A stretch of DNA of 64,000 bases from Candidatus Deferrimicrobiaceae bacterium (GCA_963792415.1 CAWBVY010000001.1:320001-384000), one strand, 5' to 3'. Positions 39,547 to 53,628 are shown, counted from the first letter of the stretch. A program made the numbers and translations. Notes: generated by a model from the letters alone, not told the origin.

Positions 39547-39668
39547 TGGCCGGAGTGCCACGGAACCGCCTTTGAAATTGTTGCCGAGAGGAGATTCTTA
39601 ATAAGTTTTCCACTTTTTATTTGCACTTATTTGAGTTAAGATCAAATTATAAATCTTTTCTATAGTCA

Positions 39669-40379
39669 ATGGTAGACAAAGTGGGTCACAACCAAAAAAT
39701 CGTCAATGCATTTCACAGCCGAAAAGAGATTGTAGAGGACCCTGAATTTGAAATCAAACTCAGCCAATCTCTTAAAAACCAGTACAGCCGAGAAGGTCTG
39801 ATTGAACTGTACGGGCGTTTTGCAGACGGAGAAGGGTATGTCGATACCCTTATGAGGCGCGCCATCTGGCGTGCTGCGGCACACCGCTTCGGCAGCGGCA
39901 TCCATATCGGGAGCGGCACGGGATTCAAGCACATCGAAACCTTTGAGATTGGAGACGGTGTTTTCATCGGGTCCCAGTCGTATATTCAGGGCAGAATCGG
40001 AGGGAAATGCACGATTGGCAGAAAGACCTGGATCGGGCCGCAGAGTTATTTCGATGCCCGTGATCTGGTGATTGGAGATCACGTCGGATGGGGACCCGGT
40101 GCAAAGGTTCTGGGGTCGGCTCACGTCGGCATTCCGGTTGATATTCCCATCATTCAGACAGATCTGGAAATCAAACCGGTGACGATCGAGCCGTGGGCGG
40201 ATATCGGGGTCAATGCGGTGATACTTCCCGGAGTGACAATCGGCAAGGGCAGCCAGGTCGGCGCCGGTGCCGTGGTAACCGCCGACGTTCCCCCGTTCGC
40301 TGTTGTTGCCGGGGTTCCTGCGAAATTTATCAGGTGGCGGAAAGGAGACGATGGTAAACATCATGGAACTGAGAAATAG
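39669..40379 (+). CDS. Hexapeptide-repeat acyltransferase
   Basis: IGVNAVILPGVTIG, VVAGVPAK. Confidence 0.88.
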   Translation: MVDKVGHNQKIVNAFHSRKEIVEDPEFEIKLSQSLKNQYSREGLIELYGRFADGEGYVDTLMRRAIWRAAAHRFGSGIHIGSGTGFKHIETFEIGDGVFIGSQSYIQGRIGGKCTIGRKTWIGPQSYFDARDLVIGDHVGWGPGAKVLGSAHVGIPVDIPIIQTDLEIKPVTIEPWADIGVNAVILPGVTIGKGSQVGAGAVVTADVPPFAVVAGVPAKFIRWRKGDDGKHHGTEK

Positions 40380-41375
40380 GAGAGCATTGATAACGGGAGG
40401 CGCGGGGCTGGTCGGGTCGCATATTGCCGATCTTCTGGTCGAAGAAGGGGTTTCCGAGATCGTTGTTTTCGATAATTTTGATCGCGGCGGCGGGAAAATC
40501 TGGCCTGGGCCATCGAAAACGGTCCGGTCACCATCATCGAGGGGGATATCCGCGACAGAGAATTGCTGGCCCGTTCAATGCAGGGAATCGACGTGCTGTT
40601 TCACCAGGCCGCCATCAGGATCACGCAGTGCGCCCAGGAACCGCGACTGGCACTCGAAGTACTGGTTGACGGTTCCTACAATGTCGTCGAAGCCGCCTTA
40701 AATGCCAAAGTCGAGAAGGTCGTCGCCGCCTCCTCCGCATCCGTCTACGGAGCCGCCGAAGATTTCCCCACCACGGAAAAACACCACTCTTACAACAACC
40801 GGACAATATACGGTGCGGCGAAAGTCTTTAACGAATCTTTACTGAGAAGTTTCAATGAAATGTACGGTCTCGATTATGTCGCCCTGCGGTATTTCAACAT
40901 ATACGGACCGCGAATGGACGCTTTTGGCGTCTACACCGAGGTGTTTATTCGCTGGATGGAGGCCATCGAGGCGGGAAAGGCACCCATGATTTTCGGGGAC
41001 GGAACCCAGACCATGGACTTCATTCATGTAAAGGATATCGCCAGGTCCAACATTCTCGCGGCGAAGTCGGCTGTGACCGACGATGTCATCAACATTGCCA
41101 GCGGTGAGGAGACCAGCCTGACCCAGCTCGCCGAGACGCTGCTGAAAGTGATGAAAAGTGATTTGCGGCCGGAATATGGTCCCGTAAGAAAGGTCAACAA
41201 CGTTCAACGCAGGCTCGCCTATACCGACAAGGCCAGAGAACTGCTGGGCTTTGAGACAACCATATCCCTGGAGGAAGGGTTGGCCGGCATGGTGGATTGG
41301 TGGCGCGAAGTAACCGCCAATCATAAAATGGCGGATCAATCGAAGGGGCAAGAACTTAGGCAGGCTGCAAACTAA
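40351..41375 (+). CDS. NAD-dependent epimerase/dehydratase, frameshift near 40490
   Basis: TGGAGLVG, SSASVYG, YGAAK, LRYFNIYGP. Confidence 0.9.
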
Positions 41376-41387
41376 GCATAAAATCGC

Positions 41388-42194
41388 GTGCGATTTTATA
41401 AGGCCATCATACCGGCGGCCGGTTTAGGGGAACGGTTGCACCCGGTTACCCAGGTGTTACCCAAAGAGATGTTTCCGGTTGGACGCCACCCGGCGATCGA
41501 ATGGGTGATCGCAGAGGCCGTGGCCGGTGGCTGCCGGGAAATAGCGGTCGTCATCAGCCCCCGCAAGCAGGTTATACGGGAATACCTCACCAAATACTGC
41601 AGCATCGCCTCGTCACTTTGCGAACTGACGTTTATTATCCAATCCGAGCCTTTGGGTTTGGGGCATGCCCTGCTGCTGGCGAAGGAATTCGCCGACGGGC
41701 AGCCGGTTGCCGTTTTGCTGCCGGATGAGCTGACTGCCGGAACCCAGCTGCCGATTCTGCAACTCAACGAAGCATTTACAGACCTTGGGTGGTGCTGTTT
41801 TTGCCCTGGGGTCGGCGGAGTCTGCCGCCAACCCCGAGCTGGTCGGAGCGGTGGCATCTGACAAAAGTCGACAGCCGAATCTATAAGGTGCAGCCGTCTC
41901 GAGCCGGCGCATCATCGGAAAAAAGACCGGACCAATTCGCGGGAATGGGGCGCTATATCCTCTCACCCGAGTGCCTCGATGACGCGGCCTCCCTGTTCAA
42001 TGAAAGACCCCACGCGCGGCCTCGACGACGGAATGATCTTCGAGTTCATGTGTACCGCCGACAAACCCGTTCACGGTTATGTCTTCGAAGGCCGGCGTTT
42101 CGATATTTCAACGGTCGCCGGCTACATAGACGCCTGGCAGACCCTGGGAAATTCGGACCCCCTTAGCCTTTTTCCTCAAATCCCGGCTATTTGA
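41388..42194 (+). CDS. Sugar-phosphate nucleotidyltransferase (GalU-like), frameshifted
   Basis: KAIIPAAGLGERL.P...PKEM, QSEPLGLGHA, GRYIL. Confidence 0.8.
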
Positions 42195-42211
42195 AACTCA
42201 GGTGTATATTA

Positions 42212-42554
42212 TTCACCGCTAGAGGCACAGAGGCCCGCCTGCCTTTCCTGCAGTGAGCCGGATGAAGCTAAAATGTATTACACATGTGGACTACTGACAA
42301 ACTTTATGTTGGATAGTCCCCAACGATGAATGATTGGAACATATAAGATCTGTCGGCTGACGTTGATAAGTTGATTTCACAGTATATTCATAACCTCGGC
42401 CGCAGGGATAGAGTTCTTTTGTTCAATCGATCTTTCCCGATTGAATAAAAACTGAAATACTTACTCTTGCGACCTCTGTGCCTCGCAGCAGAGCGGGTGG
42501 TTAAAAATTCAAAACATCATGTGACCTCTGTGTCTCGAGCGAAGCGGGCGGTGA
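42212..42554. mobile_element. Intergenic element family 1 copy with doubled right end
   Basis: ttcaccgctagaggcacagag; hairpin ttcaatcg...cgattgaa; right ends at ~42504 and 42554. Confidence 0.6.
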
Positions 42555-42915
42555 GCTCATTTCTAAACATGAAAGCGTACTCACAAAAAACAACCACCAT
42601 CAAGCGCTTTTAACCCGATTTATGCCCATCCACGGTTTCCTGCTATTTCTTTTCTCCACAGAACTATTACCTCGATGTAACAGCCCAATTAAGTGTAGTT
42701 CATTGTAAAACAAACCCCAACCATATAACTATCCAATTATTATCAAATTTTCCGTTAGCCTGTATTCCCGCGCAATTTTCCACTCATTCGTTAACGGCAT
42801 CTAAATTGCTGTTATTAATTGTTCTGTATCTATGACCTGCGACGAACAACATCCCCAGGATTTATTCTTTACCGTTTCGAAGGACCCTGGTGGGACCACT
42901 AAAAGAAGGTGCGCT

Positions 42916-45900
42916 ATGAATCGGATGAACGGATTGATTCGGCATCTCTGCTTTTTCGTCCATCATCGCTTTATCCTTCTTGTTTTTCCTGAATTCCGGG
43001 GCATCCGCGAGTTCCATATGGGATGATACATTCATCCCGACGATTCTGTCCGATTCGGATACGAGTGCGGTGGAGCTGGGGGTCAAGTTTCAGAGCGATG
43101 TCGACGGGTACATCACGGGTCTGCGGTTCTACAAGTCTGCGGCGAACACCGGCACGCACGTGGGCAACCTGTGGACGGCCGGCGGCACATTGCTGGCCAG
43201 CGTGACCTTCACCAACGAAACCGCCTCCGGTTGGCAGGAGATGGCCCTGCCCACTCCGGTGGCCATCACGGCCAACACGACCTATGTCGCCTCCTATCAC
43301 ACCAACGTGGGACGCTACTCGGCCGATTCGGCCTACTTCACTTCCGCCTATGACAATCCGCCTCTGCGGGCGCCGTCCAACGGTGAGAGCGGCGGCAACG
43401 GTGTCTACCTTTACGGTGCCGGTGGGTTTCCGAATCAGACCTGGAATGCCACCAACTACTGGGTCGATGTGGTGTTTCAGGAGAGCTGGGGCCGGACACG
43501 ACCCCGCCCACGGTGATCTCAACCCTGCCGGTCAGTGACGCTGTTAATGTGAGCATTAACGCATCTGTTACGGTCGACCTTCAACGAGGCGATGGACCCG
43601 GCGACGATCAACGAGAGCACCTTCGAGCTGCGGGATGCTGCGGATGCGCCGGTGGCCGCTGTGGTCTCCTATGACAGCGGCACGAACACGGCCACGCTTG
43701 ACCCCCTCTGCCCCGCTGGCCAATTCTGAGACTTATACGGCCAGTGTGCTGGGCGATACCGGCGGTGTGACGGATTTGGCCGGCAATGCCTTGGCCGCCA
43801 CCTATACATGGTCTTTCACCACCGCTGCTGCCGGCACATCCGGTTCTTACAGCTTGTGGGACGATACCTTCATCCCGACGATTCTGGCCGATTCGGATAC
43901 GAGTGCGGTGGAGCTGGGGGTCAAGTTTCAGAGCGATCTCGACGGGTACATCACGGCCCTGCGCTTCTACAAGTCCGCGACCAATACCGGCACGCACGTG
44001 GGCAACCTGTGGACCGCCGCCGGCACGTTGCTTTCCAGCGTGACCTTCACCAACGAGACCGCCTCCGGGTGGCAGGAAATGGCCCTGCCCACTCCGGTGG
44101 CCATCACGGCCGGTACGACCTATATGGCCTCTTACCACGCTCCGGTGGGGCGCTACTCGGCCGACTCGGCCTACTTCACCTCCGCATACGACAATCCGCC
44201 TCTGACGGCGCCGTCCAGCAGCGCGAGCGGCGGCAACGGGGTGTATCGCTACGGGGCCAGCGCCTTCCCCAACCAGACCTACAATGCCACCAACTACTGG
44301 GTTGATGTGGTGTTTCAGGAGAACCTGGAGCCGGACACGACGCCGCCCAACGTGAGTTCGGTTTCTCCAACCGATGGCGCAACCGACGTTGCAACCGATG
44401 GGGTCGTCACGGCGACCTTCAGCGAGGAAATGGATCCCGCCACGATCGGCGGGAGCACCTTCGAGCTGCGGGATGCTGCGGATGCGCCGGTGGCCGCTGT
44501 AATCTCCTATGACAGCGGCACAAGCACGGCCACGTTGACCCCCTCTGCCCCGCTGGCCAACTCTGAGACATACACGGCCAGTGTGCTGGGTGGTACCGGC
44601 GGTGTGACGGATTTGGCCGGCAATGCCTTGGCCGCCACCTCCACGTGGTCATTCACCACCGCTGCGCCCTCAGGTGATACGACGCCGCCAACGGTAACAG
44701 CGGTGCTGCCCCTTGACGGTGCAACTGACGTGGCCACCAGCACGGTCGTCACGGCGACCTTCAGCGAGGAAATGGATCCCACCACGATCGGCGGGAGCAC
44801 CTTCGAGCTGCGGGATGCTGCGGATGCGCCGGTGGCCGCTGTAATCTCCTATGACAGCGGCACAAGCACGGCCACGTTGACCCCCTCTGCCCCGCTGGCC
44901 AACTCTGAGACATACACGGCCAGTGTGCTGGGCGGTACCGGCGGTGTGACGGATTTGGCCGGCAATCTCTTGGCCGCCACCTCCACGTGGTCATTCACCA
45001 CCGCTGCGCCTTCAGGTGATACGACGCCGCCAACAGTAACAGCGGTGCTGCCCCTTGACGGTGCAACTGACGTGGCCACCAGCACGGTCGTCACGGCGAC
45101 CTTCAGCGAGGAAATGGATCCCGCCACGATCGGCGGGAGCACCTTCGAGCTGCGGGATGCTGCGGATGCGCCGGTGGCCGCTGTAATCTCCTATGACAGC
45201 GGCACAAGCACGGCCACGTTGACCCCCTCTGCCCCGCTGGCCAACTCTGAGACATACACGGCCAGTGTGCTGGGTGGTACCGGCGGTGTGACGGATTTGG
45301 CCGGCAATGCCTTGGCCGCCACCTCCACGTGGTCATTCACCACCGCTGCGCTCTTCAGGCGATACGACGCCGCCAACAGTAACAGCGTTGCTACCCCTCG
45401 ACGGTGCAACTGACGTGGCCACCAGCACGGTCGTCACGGCGACCTTCAGCGGGCAATGGATCCGCCACGATCGGCGGGAGCACCTTCGAGCTGCGGATGC
45501 TGCGGATGCGCCGGTGGCCGCTGTAATCTCCTATGACAGCGGTACGAGCTACGGCCACGCTGACCCCCTCTGCCCCGCTGGCCAACTCTGAGACATCCAC
45601 GGCCAGTCGTGCTGGGCGACCGGCGGCTGGTCGGCGACGCCCCGACTTCCTACACCTTCGCGACAGCCGGCAGCAAGACCCTGTATGCCTGGGCCAAGGA
45701 CGCCGCCGGCAACGTGTCGGCGAGTCGGAGCGCTTCCGTTACCATTACCCTCCCGTCGGCGGGCCCGGAGCCGGCCGGCTGGTATGCGGGCGACATGCAT
45801 GTGCACAGGAGCTGCGGTGGATGCCCCGATACGATATGGGCACCATGCTGCGATACCATGGACGCCGCAGAATTTGGCCGTCATATCGCTGCTGGCCGAT

Positions 45901-48900
45901 ATGGGCAATGGCGAGGTCCAGGACCCCGTTACGGATTTGCCGCTCGTGAACGGGCAGGACGACCCCGTATCGACGCCCGATCGGATCGTGCACTGGGATG
46001 CCGAGTGGCACTGGGATGCGACCTATACTCAGTTCCCGCACCAGGCCCTGGGCGGGCATATTGTGGCTTTGGGGCTGACGGAGGCGCATCAGATCTGGGA
46101 AGAATACACGTATCCGATTTTCGAGTGGGCGCATCAGCAGGACGGCATCGCCGGGTTTGCGCACATGCAGTACCTGGATGACGGCATTCCGCAGAGCCTC
46201 GACTGCTGCAAGCCCATCGAATATCCGGTCGAAGTGGCCTTGGGGTCGGCCGATTTCATATCGGAGGATGTCAACGGCAGCGATTCCTTCATTCGGGCCT
46301 ATTACCGCCTGCTCAACACCGGCTTTCGGCCCGGTTTCGCGGCCGGTTCGGACTTTCCCTGCGGCCAAGATGTGGGCGCTCTCCTGACCTATGTCCAGGT
46401 CGCGGGCGGCGAGATGACTTACCGCAACTGGATCGACGGCATTGCCCAGGGACGAACGGTCGTATCGCGCAACGGGCACAACGAATTTCTGAACCTGACG
46501 GTCAACGGCAGCGCGACACCGGGGGATGAGATCAACTTGACCGGCGGCGGCAGTGTGCCGGTGACGATTCAGTGGACCGCGAATCAGAACCTGTCCGGGA
46601 CGATCGAGCTGGTAAAAAACGGCGTCGTCGTGGCCAGTGTGTCAAGAATCCGTTGCACCGGGCGCTCCGGCGAGTTTGAACACAACCGTGGATTTTACAA
46701 GCAGCGGCTGGCTGGCGGCGCGGCGGATGGACGGCAACGGCCATCAGGTGCACACGGCCGCCGTGTTCGTGACGGTCGACGGTGCGCCGGTGCGGGCGAG
46801 CGTCGCCGATGCCGAGTTTTACGTGCAGTGGATGGACAACCTGTTGGCAAAGACGTCGCCGGGCGGGGACTGGAACTCGTTTTTCCCGACCAGCCTGGCA
46901 GAAGCGCAAGCGCGGTACCAGGCAGGCAAGAGATATATTTCAGCAGATTGCCATGGAAGCCGGCGGCGGTGATCAACCACCCACGGTGATCTCGGTTTCA
47001 CCGGCCGGCAGGTGCGACGAATGTGAACACCGGAACGGCTGTCACGGTGACCTTCAGCGAGCCGATGGACCCGGCGACAATCAATGGGACAACCTTCGAA
47101 CTGATGAATCCTTCGAGTCAACTGGTACCGGCCGCGGTCGCCTACAACGGGCCTACGAACACGGCCACGCTGACCCCCGCGGCCCCGCTGGCCAACTCGA
47201 CGACTTACACGGCCAGGGTGGTGGGCGGAGCCGCCGGTGTGACCGATGTGACCGGCAATCCGCTGGCGACCGATTACACGTGGTCTTTCACCACCGCGGC
47301 GGCCGGTTCATCCGACTCCGCCAGCCTGTGGGATGATACCTTCATTCCGACGATTCTGTCCGATTCGGACACCAATGCGGTGGAGCTGGGCGTCAAGTTT
47401 CAGAGCGATGTCGACGGGTACATCACGGCCCTGCGCTTTTACAAGTCCGCGACCAACACCGGCACGCACGTGGGCAACCTGTGGACCGCCGGCGGCACGC
47501 TGCTCGCCAGCGTGACCTTCACCAACGAGACCGCCTCCGGGTGGCAGGAGATGGCCCTGCCCACTCCGGTGGCCATCACGGCCAACACGACCTATATCGC
47601 CTCTTACCACACCAACGTAGGGCGCTATTCGGCCGACTCGGCCTACTTCGCTTCCGCTTACGACAATCCGCCGCTGACGGGCGCTGGCCGACGGCGAGAG
47701 CGGCGGCAACGGCGTTTACCGCTACGGCGCGGCCGGCGGCTTTCCCAACCAGACCTGGAATGCCACCAACTACTGGGTCGATGTGGTGTTTCAGGAGAAT
47801 ATAGGACCACCCGACACCACACCGCCGACGGTGACATCGGTTTTTCCGGCGGATGGGGCGACCGAGGTCAGCCCGACGGCCGCCGTCAGTGCCGTCTTCA
47901 GCGAGGCCATGGATCCGGCCACGATAAACGGGAGCAGCTTCGTGCTGCGCGACGCCGCCAATAATGTGGTGTCGGCCACCGTCGGCTACAGCGCCGGATC
48001 CAAAACGGCCACCCTGTCGCCTGCTGCCCCCTCGAGTCCGGCGAAACGTACACTGCGACTGTATTGGGCGATGTCGATGGCGTGGCCGATCTGGCCGGAA
48101 ATCCGCTGGATATGGATTATATTTGGTCGTTCACCACCACGGCAGCACACGGGAGACACGACCCCGCCGACGGTCATAGCGGTGCAGCCGGCGGACGGAG
48201 CCGTCGGGTGTCGAGCATCGCGACCGTCGTGACGGCGACGTTCAGCGAGGCGATGAATCCGGCAACCATCGGCGGAACCACCTTTGAACTGCAGGAGACC
48301 GGTGGCGGGACCTGTACCCGCTGTCGTCGCCTACAACAGCGCCACCAACACGGCCACCCTGACACCGGATAGTCCCTTGTCGAACAACACGACCTACACG
48401 GCGGTCGTCAGCGGGGGTCCGGGCGGTGTCAGCGATCTGGCCGGCAATGAGCTGGCGTCCGATGACAGCTGGTCGTTTACCACCGCGGTATCCTCCGACA
48501 CGACGCCGCCGGTCGTCAGTTCGACCTCGCCGGCCGACGGCGCCACGGGCGTGAGCATCGGGACCCAGGTTGTCGCGATCTTCAGCGAGGCGATGGATCC
48601 GGCCACGATCACCACCACGACCTTCACGCTGAACGGCGTTGCCGCCGCGGTCGCCTACAACGACACCACGAACACGGCCACGCTGACCCCCGCGGCTCCG
48701 CTGGCCAACGCGACGACCTACACGGCCACGGTGGTAGGGCGGCACCAGCCGGGGTGAAGGACGCCGCCGGCAATCCGCTGACGGCCGATTACAGCTGGTC
48801 TTTCACCACCGCATCGTCTTCGGGCGGCGATACGACACCGCCCACGGTGACGGCCGTGCTGCCGCCCAACGATGCGCCCGCGGTCAGCACCGGAACGCGT

Positions 48901-51900
48901 CTCACGGTCACTTTCAGCGAGGCGATGATGGCGGCGACCATCAACACCGGGACCATCGAGCTGCGGAATGCCTCGGGCGCTCCTGGTGTCGGCCGCCGTC
49001 ACCTATGACGGCGCAGCCAACCGGGCGACCGTTGACCCCCAACAGTCCCCTGGCGGTTTCTTCGGCCTATACAGCCATCGTCAAGGGCGGTGTCCGGCGG
49101 CGTGAAAGATGCGGCCGGAAATCCGTTAGGCCGCCGATTACGGCTGGGGATTCGTCAGCAGCGCGTCCAATCCGTTCGGCAATGGTCCCGGCGGACCGAT
49201 TCTGGTCGTCACCTCCGCCTCCAGCCCCTTCAGCCGCTATTACGCCGAGATTCTGCGGGCCGAAGGGCTGAACGCCTTCGCCCTGCAGCGACCTGTCATC
49301 TGTCACGGCGACGATTCTCGACCAGTACGATGTCGTCGATCCTGGGGGAGATGCCGCTGACATCGACCCAGGTGACCATGTTCACCAACTGGGTCACCGC
49401 CGGCGGCAACCTGATCGCCATGCGGCCGGACAAGCAGCTGGCCGGGCTGCTCGGGTTGACCGACTCTCGGGACGACCCTGTCGGAAGGCTACCTGCTGGT
49501 CGACACGTCCTCCGATCCGGGGGCCGGCATCGTCGGGCAGACGATCCAGTTCCACGGCACGGCCGACCGCTACACCCTGGAGAGCGCCGCCGCCCTGGCA
49601 ACGCTCTATTCGACGGCCACCACCGCGACCGCGAACCCGGCCGTCACCTTGCGCAGCGTGGGGTCGAACGGCGGGCAGGCCGCCGCCTTCACCTTCGACC
49701 TGGCGCGCTCCATCGTCTACACCCGCCAGGGCAACCCGGCCTGGGTCGGACAGGAGCGCGACGGGATATCGCCGATCCGCTCCGATGATCTTTTCTACGG
49801 CAATGCGCCGGCGACTCCAGCCCGACTGGATCGATCTGAACAAGGTGGCCATTCCGCAGGCGGACGAGCAGCAGCGGCTGCTGGCCAACATGATCATCCG
49901 GATGAACGCCGACAAAAAGCCGCTGCCGCGGTTCTGGTACTTCCCGAACGACCATGAGGCGGTGGTCATCATGACCGGCGACGATCATGGCCATGACGGG
50001 ACCGCCGGGCGCTTCAACGCCGAGATCATCAGCAGTCCTCCGGGCTGCTCGGTCGACGACTGGGAGTGCATCCGCAGCTCTTCCTACATCTATCCCGATC
50101 CGGACGGTGCGGTGACCGACGCCGAGGCGGCGGCCTACGATGCCCACGGCTTTGAAATCGGCCTTCACGTCAACACCTTCTGCGCCGACTACACGGCCGG
50201 TATGCTCGAGACCTATTTCAGCGATCAGATGGGGGCCTGGTATGGCGTTGTTTCCGAGCCTGGCCCCGCCGGTCAGTCATCGGCAGCACTGCATCGCCTG
50301 GAGCGGTTACACGGTTCTGCCGGAGGAAGAGGCGAAATACGGCATCCGCCTGGATGTGAACTACTACTACTGGCCCCCGGACTGGATTGCAAACCGGCCG
50401 GGTTTCTTCACCGGCTCCGGCATGCCGATGCGGTTTGCGGCCCTGAACGGCACCCTCATCGATGTCTACCAGGCCACCACCCAGATGACCGACGAATCCG
50501 GGCAGACCTATCCCTACACGATAAACACGCTGCTCGACCGGGCCATCGGGCCCGAGAAGTACTACGGGGTCTTTACCGCCAACATGCACACCGATTATGC
50601 GACTCTCCGGTGATTACGATGCCCTCATCGCCTCGGCCCAGGCGCGGGGCGTGCCGGTGATTTCCGCGCGGCAGATGCTCAAATGGCTCGACGGGCGCAA
50701 CGGGTCGTCCTTCGGCTCGATCGCCTGGAACGGCACGCGTTCTCAGTTTCACGGTTTCAGCGCGGGCAGGGGGCCAACGGTCTGCAGGCGATGGTGCCGC
50801 TTGCGCCGGGGGTTACGGTGACGAACATCACCCGCAACGGCAGCGCGATCGGTTATGTGATCAAAGAGGTCAAAGGCATCAGTTATGCCGTATTTTCCGC
50901 CTCGGCCGGTTCCTATGCGGTAACGATGGCTGCCGATGTGACGCCGCCCACGGTCATCGACAATACGCCGTCGGATGGTGCGGTCGACGTGAGCACAGGG
51001 ACGGCAGTGACGGTTACCTTCAGCGAGCCCATGGATGCGGCAACGGTCGAACCAGACGACCTTTGAGTTGCGCGATTCTTCGAATGCTCCAGTGTCTGCC
51101 GCTGTCTCGTACAACACCGGCACGAACACGGCAACGTTGACATCCGAACTCAAGGTTGAGCGCAGCGAAGACCTATACGGCGACCTTGCTTGGTGATGCC
51201 GGAGGGGCGGCCGACTTTAGCCGGGAACCCGCTTGCCGTTGACTACGCTTGGTCGTTTACCACCGCTGCTGCTGGAACTTCGGTTTCCTACAGCTTATGG
51301 GACGATGCAACTGATACCGTCGATTCTTGAGGACCCGGACCGAACCGCCCAGTCTCAGGGAATTGAGCTGGGCGTCAAGTTTCAGAGTGTGACGGATGGC
51401 TACATCACCGGGCTGCGGTTTTACAAGGGACCGAACAACACCGGCACCCACGTGGGCAATCTGTGGACGGCCGGCGGCACGTTGCTGGCCAGTGTGACCT
51501 TCACCAACGAGACGGCCTCGGGTGGCAGGAGATGGTTCTGCCGGCACCGGTGGCGATCACGGCCGACACGACCTACGTGGCCTCCTATCATGCGCCTGTG
51601 GGGCGTTATTCGGCCAATTCGGGTATTTCACGGCACGGGATTTCGACAATCCGCCGCTGCGGGCACTGGCGGATGGTGAAGATGGCGGCAACGGCGTTTA
51701 CCGCTATGGCGCCAGCGCGTTTCCGAACCTGACATATCAAGGCGAAAACTACTGGGTGGATGTGGTGTTTCAGGAGAGCTGGGGCCGGATACGACGCCGC
51801 CCACAGTGACACGCGACCGTGCCGGCAGCCGGTGCCGTCAATGTGAATCCTGCCGCGGTTGTCACGGTGACCTTCAGCGAGGCGATGGATGCGGCAACGA

Positions 51901-52624
51901 TCGACGACAACCACTTTTGAGCTGATGGATGCCGGCAGCATGCCTGTACCCGCCGTTGTCACTTACAACGGTTCAACTCGGACGGCGACCCTGATCCCGG
52001 CTGCGGCGCTGGCAAACACGGCGACCTACACGGCCGTTGTCAGGGGAGGGGCTGTTGGTGTGACCGATGCGGCCGGCAACCCGTTGGTCGCCAATCACAG
52101 CTGGTCGTTCACCACTGCTGCCGCTGGGACATCGGTTTCCTACAGCTTGTGGGACAATACGTTCACCCCGGCAATTCTGTCCGATTCGGATACCAGTGCG
52201 GTGGAGCTGGGGGTAAAGTTTCAGAGCAATGTCAACGGGTACATCACGGCCCTGCGGTTCTACAAGGCTGCAGCGAATACCGGCACGCACGTGGGCAACC
52301 TGTGGACCGCCAGCGGCACGTTGTTGGCCAGTGTGACCTTCACCAACGAGACCGCCTCAGGGTGGCAGGAGATGGCACTGCCGTCACCGGTGGCGATAAC
52401 CGCCAACACGACCTACATAGCCTCCTACCACACCACCGTGGGGCGCTACTCGGCCAATTCGGCCTACTTCACTTCCGCCTATGACAATTCCCCGTTGCGG
52501 GCGCCGTCCAGCAGCGCGAGCGGCGGCAACGGCGTGTACCGGTACGGCGCAGCCAGCGCGTTTCCCCACCGACACTTGGAATGCAAGCAACTACTGGGTC
52601 GACGTGGTGTTTCAGGAGCAATGA
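42916..52624 (+). CDS. Giant secreted protein: 5x DUF4082, about 12 Ig-like (Big_5) domains, PHP-type metallohydrolase and deacetylase-like domains; many frameshifts
   Basis: Repeated VELGVKF...ITALRFYK...NETASGWQ...NYWVDVVF; DTTPPTV...TFSE.MDP...D.AGN...WSFTT; WYAGDMHVH...AGSDF; TGDDH...EIGLH...RQHC. Confidence 0.8.
44406..45610. repeat. About 3.5 near-identical 342-bp tandem repeats (Ig-like domains)
   Basis: gtcacggcgaccttcagcg recurs at 44406, 44748, 45090, 45433. Confidence 0.9.
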
Positions 52625-52645
52625 AATTGAATGTTCAATATCGGG

Positions 52646-52941
52646 CTCACCGCAGAGGCGCTAAGGATGCAGAGAATTTTGGATTTTTTGCTTTTCGCTG
52701 AGACGCCGAAAAGCAAAAAGCAACTTGCCCTTCGAATACAAGTGTCGACAAAAGAGTTATCAATTTAATTGGAAATAATAGATCACTTTAGATAATATCA
52801 GTCGGGATTATTCGCCAAAGGCGACAGCGTTTTTATGTTTTCCAGCGTCCCTGTCTTGTTGAATGAAAAGCAAATTCAACTGGGACCAGCGGAAAACATA
52901 AAGAAGAATAAGCTCTGCGCTCTCTGGGTCTCTGCGGTGAA
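52646..52941. mobile_element. Intergenic element family 1, empty copy
   Basis: ctcaccgcagaggcgctaag...ctctgggtctctgcggtgaa with two hairpins. Confidence 0.7.
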
Positions 52942-53232
52942 TAATAAATATGTTGAGTCATACAGCCGATCCGTCTCCGGCAAACATAAAGGGCAATCCG
53001 CATTAAATGCGATAATTTCACGCCAAATTTCTAAAACTTAAAAGTTGTCACGAGCTTTAACCTCTTAGCACACAGAAGAAAGATAGAGATGCATGCAGTT
53101 TTGATTTCCTTTATCGTCCACTCAACGATAAAGGAAAAAAATATTTAAACTCTGCGCCCTCTGCGTCTCGAGCGAAGCCCCGGTGAAATGGCTTTCTGAT
53201 TTCACAGGGTAGGCGGGCGGTGAATTCCTAAA

Positions 53233-53628
53233 ATGGACATCAATCAACTAACCAGTAAAATCATAGGCGCAGCAATTGAAGTTCATAAACATCTCGGTCC
53301 AGGACTCTTGGAATCGGCTTATGAAGAATGCCTTTGCCATGAATTAGAATTGCGCAGAATCAGATTCGATAGGCAGAAACCATTACCGATAGAATACAAA
53401 GGACGGAAGCTTGACTGTGGCTACAGACTCGATGTCCTGGTAGAGGATAAGGTTGTTTTAGAATTGAAATCCTGTGAAAAAATTGAACCTATCCACAAGG
53501 CACAGTTGCTGACATATCTCAAACTATCGAATATAAATTTAGGCTTACTGTTGAATTTCAATAGCATAACAATGAAAGAAGGAATAGTGCGCATCGCAAA
53601 TGAACTTCCCGATCGACAGGTAAATTAG
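53233..53628 (+). CDS. GxxExxY protein, intact
   Basis: [37 protein letters not shown]. Confidence 0.93.
   Translation: MDINQLTSKIIGAAIEVHKHLGPGLLESAYEECLCHELELRRIRFDRQKPLPIEYKGRKLDCGYRLDVLVEDKVVLELKSCEKIEPIHKAQLLTYLKLSNINLGLLLNFNSITMKEGIVRIANELPDRQVN

Noticed and set aside
42916-52624. Diversity-generating retroelement template/variable repeats
   Set aside because: No reverse transcriptase; differences between repeats are not visibly adenine-specific; ordinary domain duplication explains them
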